Shown here: positions 44,978 through 55,432 of the stretch, one piece after another
Layout of the letters: each line of letters starts with the position of its first letter
Position numbering within the stretch: position 1 is the stretch's first letter
From: Ascoidea asiatica JCM 7603
Lineage: Eukaryota > Fungi > Ascomycota
Length of the DNA: 64,000 nt
NCBI GenBank assembly: GCA_001600695.1
Contig: BCKQ01000003.1
Coordinates: 838,003-902,002, forward strand
Direction: 5' to 3'
The notes under the pieces: model-generated
What the model was told of the DNA's origin: nothing
Databases searched by the model: none
The model's input: only the letters and a program-made list of their open reading frames with translations
Position numbers and translations under genes: made by a program

Positions 44978-47143
44978 TCAATCAACTTTGATATCTAAGT
45001 TTAAATTTATAGATTGAATTACTTCATCTAAACCACCAAATTGACGATATCTAGCTTTTAATAATAATTGTTCTTCAACTTGAGCATTTTCTTCTTTTTT
45101 AATAGTTTCTTCAATAATTTCTGCTTTTGCATTTTCATTTGCTTCTTTTTGAGCTTCTTCATAATACATTTTTGTATTTGTTTTTAATCTACTAAATGGA
45201 TTTTGAAATTCACCTTTTGATTGTTTTTTTCTTAATTCACTATTTTTAATTTCTGCTTGTCTAACAGAAATTTCATTTTGTCTTCTTGCTCTTTCTGATA
45301 ATTTATCTAATTTTGATAATGAAGAATCAACTGAATTTTGTTTTTGATAAACTTTAATTGAATGATTTAATAATCTTAATTTTTTTTCAGAATCTTTAAT
45401 ACCTTTAATATCATTTTTAGCAATTGCAACTTTTAACATTGAATTTAATTCAGTTTTTTTAATAATTGCATTAACACCAACTTTATTTGTTGTTAATTTT
45501 CTTCTTCTTTCAATAATTTGACTATTTTCTTCTTTTGATAAAATTTTTGATGTTAAATTTTTTAATTCATTATATTTTTCTTTATATTCTTTAAAAGTTG
45601 GTAATTTATCTTTTAAAAATTTTAATTGTTCTAAATAAAAATTAAATTCATTTATTGAAATTTTTTGATCTGAACAATTTGTAAATGGAAATCTTTTAAT
45701 TTTTTTACCAATTTTTACTAAAACATATTGATCAACAGTTATTTTATTTAATTTATATGGTGATGCATAAGAAATTTTATGAATTTTAAATAATTGATAT
45801 CTACCAGGACCAATTGTTACTCTAACATAAGCATTTTTTGCAACTTCATTAAAATTTGGATATTGACAATAATTTTCAAAACCAGATCTACCTAATTTAA
45901 TATTATTAACTTCTTTAATTGTAACAAAATCATTTAAATTTGAACTTGGAACTATATTTATATTTGAACTTGAATTTGTAAGAGAAATTGAAGAAATTGA
46001 TTTATTTGAATGATTTGAATGATTTGAATAAGAATCTGATTTAGATTTTGATTTTGATTTTGATTTAGAATTTGATTGAAGATTATCAGGATCATAATCA
46101 TCATTATCATCTTCTGGAGAATAATCATCATTTTCATCTTCGTCATTTTCATTTTCGTTTTCATTTTCATTTTCATCATCTTCATCATTATCATATTCTT
46201 CATTATTATTATCATAAGAATCTTCATTAAGTTCATAATCATCATTATCATTATCATAAGATTTTGATTGATTTGATTTTATTGCTCTTTGTTTTTTCAA
46301 TTCAGATAATTGATTTGATTTAATTTGTTTTTTTGAATTTTTATTTAAATTTTTATCTTTATCTTTATCTTTATCTTTATCTTTATTTTTATTTTTAATT
46401 AATTTTGCTTGAGTTAATTCTTTATCTTTTTTAATTCTATCATTTAATTTTTCTTCTTGTTTTAATCTATTCATTAAAAATTTTTTTTCTTTATGCTTTT
46501 CTAATTGTTGAACTCTTTCAAATAAAATTTGTTCTCTTTCAATTTCATTCATATTTAATAATTTTGATTTATCATTTTCATCAATATATTTACCTTCTAA
46601 AGGATATGGATTTATATCATTTTTTAATTTTTCATTTATGTAATCAATTTCATTTATTTTATTATATTTATTATTATTGTTATTATTATTATCATCTAGT
46701 TCTTGATCAGATTGATCAGATTGAAATTCTTTAAAATCATTATTCAGATTATAATTATCATTATCATTTTCATTATCATTATCATTTTCATTATCATTTT
46801 CATTATCATTTTGGTTATCATTATCTTGAAGAATATGATCTGATTTTTTGGGTATACTCATATTATCATTATGATTATTATTGTCATTCTCTTGATCATC
46901 TACAAATTTATTAGAATCAGCATTTCCATATATGTCGTCATCATCATCTTCTTCAATATTTTCATCATCACCTGCATAAATATTATCTTGTTTCTTTCTT
47001 TTTGGTAATTGTTGATTTAAATTTGATGAAGATTTCCTTTTTTTTGAATCATCTGAAGATAATTTTTCTGAATGATTTTCTGTTTCAGAATCAGAATCAA
47101 TTCCTCCAGCTAAAGCTAAAAGATCATCATCTAAATCAGACAT
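44978..47143 (-). CDS. RTF1: Paf1 complex subunit Rtf1, 721 aa
   Basis: MSDLDDDLLALAG start, HMD NPYPLEGKYIDE..MNEIEREQILFER, Plus3 domain (YPNF..YVRVTIG..SDQKI), NPFSRLKT motif. Confidence 0.95.
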   Translation of the reverse strand: MSDLDDDLLALAGGIDSDSETENHSEKLSSDDSKKRKSSSNLNQQLPKRKKQDNIYAGDDENIEEDDDDDIYGNADSNKFVDDQENDNNNHNDNMSIPKKSDHILQDNDNQNDNENDNENDNDNENDNDNYNLNNDFKEFQSDQSDQELDDNNNNNNNKYNKINEIDYINEKLKNDINPYPLEGKYIDENDKSKLLNMNEIEREQILFERVQQLEKHKEKKFLMNRLKQEEKLNDRIKKDKELTQAKLIKNKNKDKDKDKDKDKNLNKNSKKQIKSNQLSELKKQRAIKSNQSKSYDNDNDDYELNEDSYDNNNEEYDNDEDDENENENENENDEDENDDYSPEDDNDDYDPDNLQSNSKSKSKSKSKSDSYSNHSNHSNKSISSISLTNSSSNINIVPSSNLNDFVTIKEVNNIKLGRSGFENYCQYPNFNEVAKNAYVRVTIGPGRYQLFKIHKISYASPYKLNKITVDQYVLVKIGKKIKRFPFTNCSDQKISINEFNFYLEQLKFLKDKLPTFKEYKEKYNELKNLTSKILSKEENSQIIERRRKLTTNKVGVNAIIKKTELNSMLKVAIAKNDIKGIKDSEKKLRLLNHSIKVYQKQNSVDSSLSKLDKLSERARRQNEISVRQAEIKNSELRKKQSKGEFQNPFSRLKTNTKMYYEEAQKEANENAKAEIIEETIKKEENAQVEEQLLLKARYRQFGGLDEVIQSINLNLDIKVD

Positions 47144-47302
47144 TTCTAATATAAATTTAGTTGGTTAATTATTTGAATAGTTTCAATAGTTTTTTAGATT
47201 ATATTAATAATAATTGAAATAAATCATTAAACTTATTCTTTATCCTTATTGTATTTATTATTTATTATATTTATTATATTCATTCATTTATTATAAAATA
47301 AG

Positions 47303-47975
47303 AGCCCTAAATAAACGTCATGTGACTTTCTAAAAGAAGGGCTCTTTTTTTTGAAATTTATATTTTATGAGATTCTCCCTTCGAGGGATTCGAAACAACA
47401 GACATGATTTTAAAAGCCAAAAAAGCCAGGTTTGTGGGTATAATCTCCAGAGGAAGTATTTTGGCTGGTGTCATTTACGACCCCTTGTTATCACGTGCCT
47501 ATAAGCGAAGTCAAACTGAACTGAAACATCTTCTTCCATAGTAAACTTTGACATCTTTCTCAGTTTTCTCCTTTTCTTTTCTGTTCAATGAAATAACGAG
47601 AGAAACTCCTTGGCGGAAAAAGAAGGCCCCTTGAAAGTGGATCAGTTTCAATACCCACTTTTAGTAGCCGCACATTAGCACGTGATTGTAGACACCACTT
47701 TGTAATTGATTGCTACGAAGCAATCTTTGCTCAAAGCAATAAACAATTTAACGTTAACGCTAATAAAAGAGCTTTCAAATCTCATCTCATCTTTGTGTCG
47801 AGTTAGTTCAGGATTCGAGATTTATCCGGATCCTGTTTTTGATATGATGCCACTTTTCTTTTTTTGCAATTCTGTGCCCTTGTCACCTGTGCTAAAGCGT
47901 TCTAAGAAGTGCTGCTCTGCATTTTTCTGATCTTCCCTGGACGCTTTTTAAAGCATATTCCAGAGTGGCACCCCT
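47303..47975. promoter_or_regulatory. Divergent RTF1/GPH1 promoter with STRE, E-box and Tbf1-like motifs
   Basis: CCCCT at 47481, 47627, 47971; CACGTG at 47492 and 47679; GTCATGTGAC 47317-47326; AGCCCTAA 47303-47310. STRE control of GPH1 is known in S. cerevisiae. Confidence 0.55.
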
Positions 47976-48200
47976 TCTATCGGAACATTGCCTGACTGCG
48001 GTGACATTAAAAAAAAAAAACGCTCCAGCAATAAGCCATATGGCAGCGAAATGGTACCAGCGGGTGGCCCAGAAATCCCCGTGTGGGAACAGCGAAACCC
48101 TTTCTTCTCCTATCCGGATCTCTTTTTGTTTTGTTCTGTGAAAAGTGAACTCAATTCTTTAAATTCCTTGGTTGTTACGCTTGCTCCGAGTTCTCTGGTG

Positions 48201-48251
48201 GTTACTGAACAGTTACTGAACAGTTACTAAACAGTTACTGAACAGTTACTG
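48201..48251 (+). repeat. 11-bp tandem repeat (GTTACTGAACA) x ~4.5
   Basis: Direct reading; one copy has G>A. Confidence 0.9.
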
Positions 48252-48709
48252 TATGGCTCCAATCCCGATAAGAGACTTTCCTCTGCTCTCTGCCAGTTTA
48301 ATTCGATGTCGAAATCCAAACCACTGCAATAATTCCATATCTAATGCCAAAATCCATACTAATAATAATAACACTAATAATAATGATAATAATAACTAAC
48401 AATAATTCAAATGATAATCAAATAATCAAATCTTTGAGAAAAAAATAATAATTTTTAAGCTGGATAAAGTGGAATTACTTATCAAAATAATCATAATTTA
48501 TTATATCAATTATCATTTATACTCAACAAAATCATATAAATTAATATATATTATATTTATATATTTTTATAACCACCAAATTGATATTGAAATCTTATCT
48601 ATATTCCTTTATTTGCTTTATATCCTCATTTATCAACTTAATCGATTTAATAAAACTGATCAAAATAATAATAATAATATCATATTAATCAATTAAGAAT
48701 TTTTAAAAA

Positions 48710-51349
48710 ATGTCTGATTTTACATATAATTCAACTGATTTACCTGCTCCTTCTCAATTTAAAATTCGTCATAAAAGAAGATTAACAGGTTTTTCATTAA
48801 ATGAAATTAAAGCAATTGAAGCTGAAATACCTGAAAAATCAAGAGAAATTTGGAATAAATTTAAAACAACTGAATTTACTACAAAAGATGAATTTGAAAA
48901 AGATTTTGTTAAACATATTGAAACAACTTTAGCAAGATCAATGTATAATTGTGATGATTTAGCTGCTTATCAAGCTGCTTCAAATACTATAAGAGATAAA
49001 TTAATTATTGAATGGAATAAAACTCAACAATTACAAACTTTAAAAGATCAAAAAAGAATTTATTATTTATCTTTAGAATTCTTAATGGGTAGAGCTTTTG
49101 ATAATGCAATGATTAATTCAAATTCAAGAGATTTAGTTAAAGATTCAGTATCTGAATTAGGTTTTAATCTTGAAGATTTAATTGATCAAGAACCTGATGC
49201 TGCTCTTGGTAATGGTGGTTTAGGTAGATTAGCTGCTTGTTTCTTAGATTCTTTATCAACTGGTAATTATCCTTCTTGGGGTTATGGTTTAAGATATCAA
49301 TATGGTATATTTGCTCAAAAAATTATTGATGGTTATCAAGTTGAATCTCCTGATTATTGGTTAACTTTTTCAAATCCATGGGAAATTCCAAGATTTGAAA
49401 TTCAAATACCTGTAGATTTTTATGGTTATGTTGATGAAGAAAAAGATAATTTTACAAATAAAGTTAAAAAAATTTGGAAAGGTGGTGAAAGAGTTATTGC
49501 TTGTGCTTATGATTTTCCAATTCCTGGTTATAATACAAAAAATGTTAATAATTTAAGATTATGGTCTGCAAAACCAACAACTGAATTTGATTTTTCTAAA
49601 TTTAATAGTGGTGATTATCAAAATTCTGTTTCTTTACAACAAAGAGCTGAATCTATAACTGCAGTTTTATATCCAAATGATAATTTTGATCAAGGTAAAG
49701 AATTAAGATTAAAACAACAATATTTTTGGGTTGCAGCTTCTTTACATGATATTGTTAGAAGATTTAAAAAAACTAAAAGATCATGGATTGAATTTCCTTT
49801 ACAAATTGCAATTCAATTAAATGATACTCATCCAACTTTAGCAATTGTTGAATTAATGAGAATTTTAGTTGATTTAGAAAATTTATCATGGGATCAATCT
49901 TGGGAAATTGTTACAAAAACTTTTGGTTATACAAATCATACTGTAATGCAAGAAGCTTTAGAAAAATGGCCAATTCCATTATTTGAAAAATTATTACCAA
50001 GACATTTAGAAATTATTTATAATATTAATTTTTTTTTCTTAAAAAATATTGAAAAAAAATTTTCAAAAATTTATAAAAAAAATGAATTAAATTCATTATT
50101 ATCAAATCTTTCAATTATTGAAGAATCTTTTCCAAGACAAGTTAGAATGGCAAATTTAGCAATTATTGGTTCTCATAAAGTTAATGGTGTTGCAGAATTA
50201 CATTCTGAATTAATTAGAACTACAATTTTTAAAGATTTTGTTAAAGTTCTTGGTATTGATAGATTTACAAATGTTACAAATGGTATTACTCCAAGACGTT
50301 GGTTAAGAGAAGCAAATCCAGAATTATCTGAATTAATTGCATCAAAATTAGGTGGTTATGAATTTTTAACAAATTTAAATTTATTAAAAAATTTAGAAAA
50401 TTATATTAATAATAAAGAATTTAAATTAAAATGGGATAAAGTTAAATTAGTTAAAAAATATAAATTAACAAAATTAATTTATAAAACAACAGGTATTGAA
50501 ATTGATCCAACAAAATATTTATTTGATATTCAAGTTAAAAGAATTCATGAATATAAAAGACAACAATTAAATATATTTGGAGTTATTCATAGATATCTTT
50601 GGATTAAATCTTTAACAGTTGAAGAAAGAAAATTACAAGTTCAACCAAAAATTCATATATTTGGTGGTAAATCAGCTCCAGGTTATTATATGGCAAAATT
50701 AATTATAAAATTAATTAATGAAGTTGGTAATGTTATTAATAATGATCCAGAATTAAATGATTATTTAAAATGTATTTTTATACCAGATTATAATGTTTCA
50801 AAAGCAGAAATTATTATTCCAGCTTCAGATATTTCAGAACATATTTCAACTGCAGGTACTGAAGCTTCAGGTACATCAAATATGAAATTTGTTTTAAATG
50901 GTGGATTAATTATTGGTACAGTTGATGGTGCAAATGTTGAAATTACAAGAGAAATTGGAGAAGATCAAATATTTTTATTTGGTAATTTAGCTGAAAATGT
51001 TGATTCAATTAGAGATACACATAAATATGGTAGTGATTTAAAATTAAGTGATTCATTAAAGAAAGTATTTGATTTAATTGATTCTGGTAAATTTGGATAT
51101 TCAGATGAATATAAACCATTATTAGATTCAGTTAGATATCATGGAGATTATTATTTAGTTTCCGATGATTTTGAAAGTTATTTACAAGCTCAAGGATTAA
51201 TTGATGAAGCATATAAAGATCGTGATATGTGGATTACAAAATCTATAATTAGTGTTGCAAATATGGGATTTTTTTCATCAGATAGATGTATTGAAGAATA
51301 TGCTGATAATATTTGGGATGTTGAACCACTTGAAAGATCAGATAATTAG
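48710..51349 (+). CDS. GPH1: Glycogen phosphorylase, 879 aa
   Basis: RRLTGF phospho-site, YYLSLEFLMGRA, DAALGNGGLGRLAACFLDS, QLNDTHP, KRIHEYKRQ, PLP motif EASGTSNMKF. Confidence 0.99.
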   Translation: MSDFTYNSTDLPAPSQFKIRHKRRLTGFSLNEIKAIEAEIPEKSREIWNKFKTTEFTTKDEFEKDFVKHIETTLARSMYNCDDLAAYQAASNTIRDKLIIEWNKTQQLQTLKDQKRIYYLSLEFLMGRAFDNAMINSNSRDLVKDSVSELGFNLEDLIDQEPDAALGNGGLGRLAACFLDSLSTGNYPSWGYGLRYQYGIFAQKIIDGYQVESPDYWLTFSNPWEIPRFEIQIPVDFYGYVDEEKDNFTNKVKKIWKGGERVIACAYDFPIPGYNTKNVNNLRLWSAKPTTEFDFSKFNSGDYQNSVSLQQRAESITAVLYPNDNFDQGKELRLKQQYFWVAASLHDIVRRFKKTKRSWIEFPLQIAIQLNDTHPTLAIVELMRILVDLENLSWDQSWEIVTKTFGYTNHTVMQEALEKWPIPLFEKLLPRHLEIIYNINFFFLKNIEKKFSKIYKKNELNSLLSNLSIIEESFPRQVRMANLAIIGSHKVNGVAELHSELIRTTIFKDFVKVLGIDRFTNVTNGITPRRWLREANPELSELIASKLGGYEFLTNLNLLKNLENYINNKEFKLKWDKVKLVKKYKLTKLIYKTTGIEIDPTKYLFDIQVKRIHEYKRQQLNIFGVIHRYLWIKSLTVEERKLQVQPKIHIFGGKSAPGYYMAKLIIKLINEVGNVINNDPELNDYLKCIFIPDYNVSKAEIIIPASDISEHISTAGTEASGTSNMKFVLNGGLIIGTVDGANVEITREIGEDQIFLFGNLAENVDSIRDTHKYGSDLKLSDSLKKVFDLIDSGKFGYSDEYKPLLDSVRYHGDYYLVSDDFESYLQAQGLIDEAYKDRDMWITKSIISVANMGFFSSDRCIEEYADNIWDVEPLERSDN

Positions 51350-51383
51350 TAGTTTTTATTAAATTTTCTGAATTTCAAAATAT

Positions 51384-51414
<31 letters not shown>

Positions 51415-53147
51415 TTTCTTTATTTCTTTACTTCTTTTTATTTACGTACTTATTAATTGACTTATTAATTTGTTAATTTATATCTTTTTAACTACTATTT
51501 TATTATTTTTTATATATCTAACTAATATACTAAATTTCATTAAATTTCAACAAATCTCCTTATTTTTTCACTAAAATTGAATTAAAGAGAATTAATAATA
51601 TGAAGACAAAGTCAAATTACACTATTTTATTGAAAGTTAATAATATTACGATCAAACACCATTTTTTCACATAACTTCCATAATTATTTATTAAATTCGA
51701 ATTTCATTTGATTCAATTTCGTTTAATTTGAGATATACCTGGAAAGCATTTTGAAAAATTCTTGATTGTTTTGGATTCATTTCTTTTACGAATATAATTG
51801 TAATCATATTTTATAGTTTTTAAATAATAATATTTCCAATCAATTTCAATTGAAATCCATTGCTTTGAAATGGTTTCAATTGATTTCAAATGATTTTCAA
51901 TGAATTCCAATGAATTCCAATCATTTTTAACCAATTTTTAGCCAGTTTTTAGCCAGTTTCAATTGTTTCTGCTGAAAAAACAGAGACCAGTTCTATGGGA
52001 CGAGCGTATCTGCTGCACATACAAAAACATTAAGCTTCAACACACAGGAACTGGCAACGAACCGAGGATTCTAAGCATATATATACAGACGTAGTGCGTT
52101 GAAACACAGCCTCCTGCGTGGAATTATGTCATTTTTTTCTTCTGGAAGGAACTGCCGCAATCAACGCAACCCGTCTTATTGGTTCTGCGCGCGTGGTCCT
52201 TATTCATGGATAATGGAGTGATTTTAGCAATTTTGAAGGAAACACCAGGCTAGAAGTGGCTAATAAGAGGATAATGCATGGCTAGAGAGTGGCGCATAAT
52301 GGTAAATGACCCCCAAAAGCACGCCTCTGCGGCCAGAACAAACTCGTCACCGCCAAAGAAACCTCAGTGTGCATCGGCTTGAGCCTACTTGAGCTGTGGG
52401 CAAAAACTTCTTTGGAACTGAGTTGATTACGAACGAAAACAATCAAACGATAAAAAAGAAGAAAATAATAATAAAATAATCAAATATACAAACATAATGC
52501 AATAAAAGAATGTATAAATATTAAAATATTTACAAAATAATAGTAAAATATTTAATAATATCAAATAATATTATCAAGAAGACTCTTCAAATTCATTCTA
52601 AAGGTTCTTTTTCACGTTCTTTCCACATTATTTTCATATTATTTCCATATTATTTCCATATTCTTTTACAGTAAAGGTTCTTCAAAGCTTCTTTAAAGCT
52701 TCTTTGTCTTAATTCCTTCTTCGCATTTCACTGCTGAGAAGAATTATTTATTCATTTCATTCCAGAACTTCAAATTAATGAACAATATCTCATATATTTT
52801 CAATTCAATCATCTTTCATTAAATAATATTCATTAAGTTATAAAAATTTTATAACTTATCATCATCTATTCCCAGTATAACAAGTATAACAAGTATAACA
52901 AGTATCAAAAATACTAAAAGTACAAGTTCTATTTAATACAACTTATTTCTCCCTGTTTTTTTTAATTCTTTCTCTTCGTTCTTTTCTTTTATTCTCTTAT
53001 TTATCTATTTTCTCTCTTCTCTCTCTTTTTTATCTTTTTTCTCTTTTCTCTTTTCTTTTTTTAATTGTAATCTCAAATTCAAAGTCAAAATAAAATTCAA
53101 ATTCAATATATTATTCTATTTGTTGTATTATATGTAATATAAACTAT

Positions 53148-55151
53148 ATGAATATGTTTTCAGGAATTTCAAACAATTATCAAATAACTAATACAAATAA
53201 TAATAATAATAATAATAATACAATCAATAATTCAATCAATAACAATAACATAAACAATAATGATCCTTTAGTTCCAACTTTAGAAGAACTTATAAATTGT
53301 TCTTATATACTTGATGGTTTATCTGATAATGATCTTTTAAAAATTAATAAAAATTTCTCTTTTGAAGATTTAGAATTCTATAAATCAACTAATAATTCAA
53401 ACTCAAATTCAAATGATTTTAATAAATCTTTATATAATCAATTTTCAAATTTAATATCAAATGAATTCTCTTCTAATTTTCAACTAAAACTTTTAAATAA
53501 TACTAATAATAATAATACCAAAAATTTGAATAATAATGATAATAATAATAATGATAATAATAATAATTATAATAATAATAATAATAATATAGATTTAGAT
53601 CCATTATCTCCATTATCATCAAATCAAATTCAACTCTCAAGTATTAATACAAATCACAATAATAATAATAATAATAATAAATATCAATATAATAAAGAAA
53701 AAATAAAAAATTTAATAAATATAACTAAACAATTCAAATTAAATTTAATTAAAAGTTTAACAATTGAAAATTTAAATTTTTTAATTGAAATTTATAATTA
53801 TCAAAAAATTTGGAATTTTATTTTCATAAATAGAAGATATTCAATTTTAAAATGTAAAACAACAATTAGTTATAAATCAAAAAGATTAAGTTCAATTGAT
53901 TATTCTTTTTTAAATAAAAGAAAAAATTCATTATCATTAATCAATAATAATAATAATAATAATAGTAATAATTATTCAATAAATTTAAGAAATAATTCAA
54001 TCACTTCAAATAACTCAAATGTTTCAAATAATTCAAATAACTCAAATAATTCAATCTCAAGTAAATTTTATGATTATAATAATTCAAAAATTAAAGATCA
54101 AAAAACTTTAGAAATATTTAAATTAGAATTAAAAAAAAGATGGTCTGATATTATAAATTTTTATATCTCAAATAATTCTTATAATCAAATTAATTTACCA
54201 ATTGAAATTTATAAAAATATTATGGATGAAAATAATAATAATGATATTCTTTATCATTCTCCTTTATTTTTATTACAATCTAAAGATTCAATCTTACAAT
54301 TATTAAGAGAAAATGTTTATGATTCTTTTATCTTTAATCTAAATTTAAATTTATCTCCAATTTCTTCTCAATCTGATAATTCAAAAGATATTAATAATAA
54401 TCTCAAAGACTTCAATCATAATAATAATAATAGTAATAGTAATGGTAATAGTAATAGTAACAATAATAATATAAATTCAATTACTAATGATATTAGAAAT
54501 TCAGTTATAAATGATAATATTCCATTTTTAGTAGATAATTCAAATTCAAATAACTCTCAAAATTCAAACTCAATTATAAATTCAAATTCAATTACAAACT
54601 CAAATTCAAATAATTCTCAAAATTCCAATTTCAAATTAAATTCAAATTCAAGATCAAACACAATGCCCATTTCAAAATCTATTCAGTTATCTGATAAAGA
54701 TCCATTTAAAAATAAATCAAGACCAAAATCTTTTTTATCAAAATATACTTTAAGTTATAATGGAAATAATCATAAACATACAAATTCAAATTCAAATTCA
54801 GAAATCCAAACAACTGAAAAAAAATTAAAAAGTCATACTCATAATCACAATCATAGTCATTCTCATAAACATAAACGTAATCATAATCATAATCATAATC
54901 ATGATAACAATGATAATAATATCAACACTAATATCACTAATAATAGTGATAATGACAATAATAGCAGAAATTCAAAAGTAAATATTTCATTAGATGAAGG
55001 CCATCAACGTTATCCATTAAATATACCAAGGGGTCCTTGTGGTATGGTTTTTGATGAAAACGTTTACAATCCAAAACCTCCTTTAACAAAAAGACCAACA
55101 AGTAAATGGGGCTCAATAATTGGAAAATTCAAAAAACTGTCAGATGAATGA
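53148..55151 (+). CDS. RGS2: RGS-domain protein (Rgs2-like), 667 aa, heavily Asn-expanded
   Basis: PTLEELIN; FKLNLIKSLTIENLNFLIEIYNY; WSDIINFYISNNSYNQINLP; ILQLLRENVYDSF match RGS helices, separated by low-complexity inserts. Confidence 0.7.
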   Translation: MNMFSGISNNYQITNTNNNNNNNNTINNSINNNNINNNDPLVPTLEELINCSYILDGLSDNDLLKINKNFSFEDLEFYKSTNNSNSNSNDFNKSLYNQFSNLISNEFSSNFQLKLLNNTNNNNTKNLNNNDNNNNDNNNNYNNNNNNIDLDPLSPLSSNQIQLSSINTNHNNNNNNNKYQYNKEKIKNLINITKQFKLNLIKSLTIENLNFLIEIYNYQKIWNFIFINRRYSILKCKTTISYKSKRLSSIDYSFLNKRKNSLSLINNNNNNNSNNYSINLRNNSITSNNSNVSNNSNNSNNSISSKFYDYNNSKIKDQKTLEIFKLELKKRWSDIINFYISNNSYNQINLPIEIYKNIMDENNNNDILYHSPLFLLQSKDSILQLLRENVYDSFIFNLNLNLSPISSQSDNSKDINNNLKDFNHNNNNSNSNGNSNSNNNNINSITNDIRNSVINDNIPFLVDNSNSNNSQNSNSIINSNSITNSNSNNSQNSNFKLNSNSRSNTMPISKSIQLSDKDPFKNKSRPKSFLSKYTLSYNGNNHKHTNSNSNSEIQTTEKKLKSHTHNHNHSHSHKHKRNHNHNHNHDNNDNNINTNITNNSDNDNNSRNSKVNISLDEGHQRYPLNIPRGPCGMVFDENVYNPKPPLTKRPTSKWGSIIGKFKKLSDE

Positions 55152-55432
55152 CAATCAACTTTTTTTTATAAAACTACAGATTTTTATATATTTTCATTTT
55201 TATAGCATTAAAAAGACTCTTCAATTCTACTAATATATAATTTCATAAATTTTTTTACGAATAATTAAAAAATGTCATTAAAAATCTATTTAAACCACAT
55301 ATCATAAACATAAAACAAAAGATCGATTGAAGAAAAATAAAAAAAATTAAGAACATTAACCAAAGAATAAAAAGATAAAATAAATTAAAACGTTCAATAC
55401 CATTGAAATTAGAATTCCAAAAAAATTCATTT

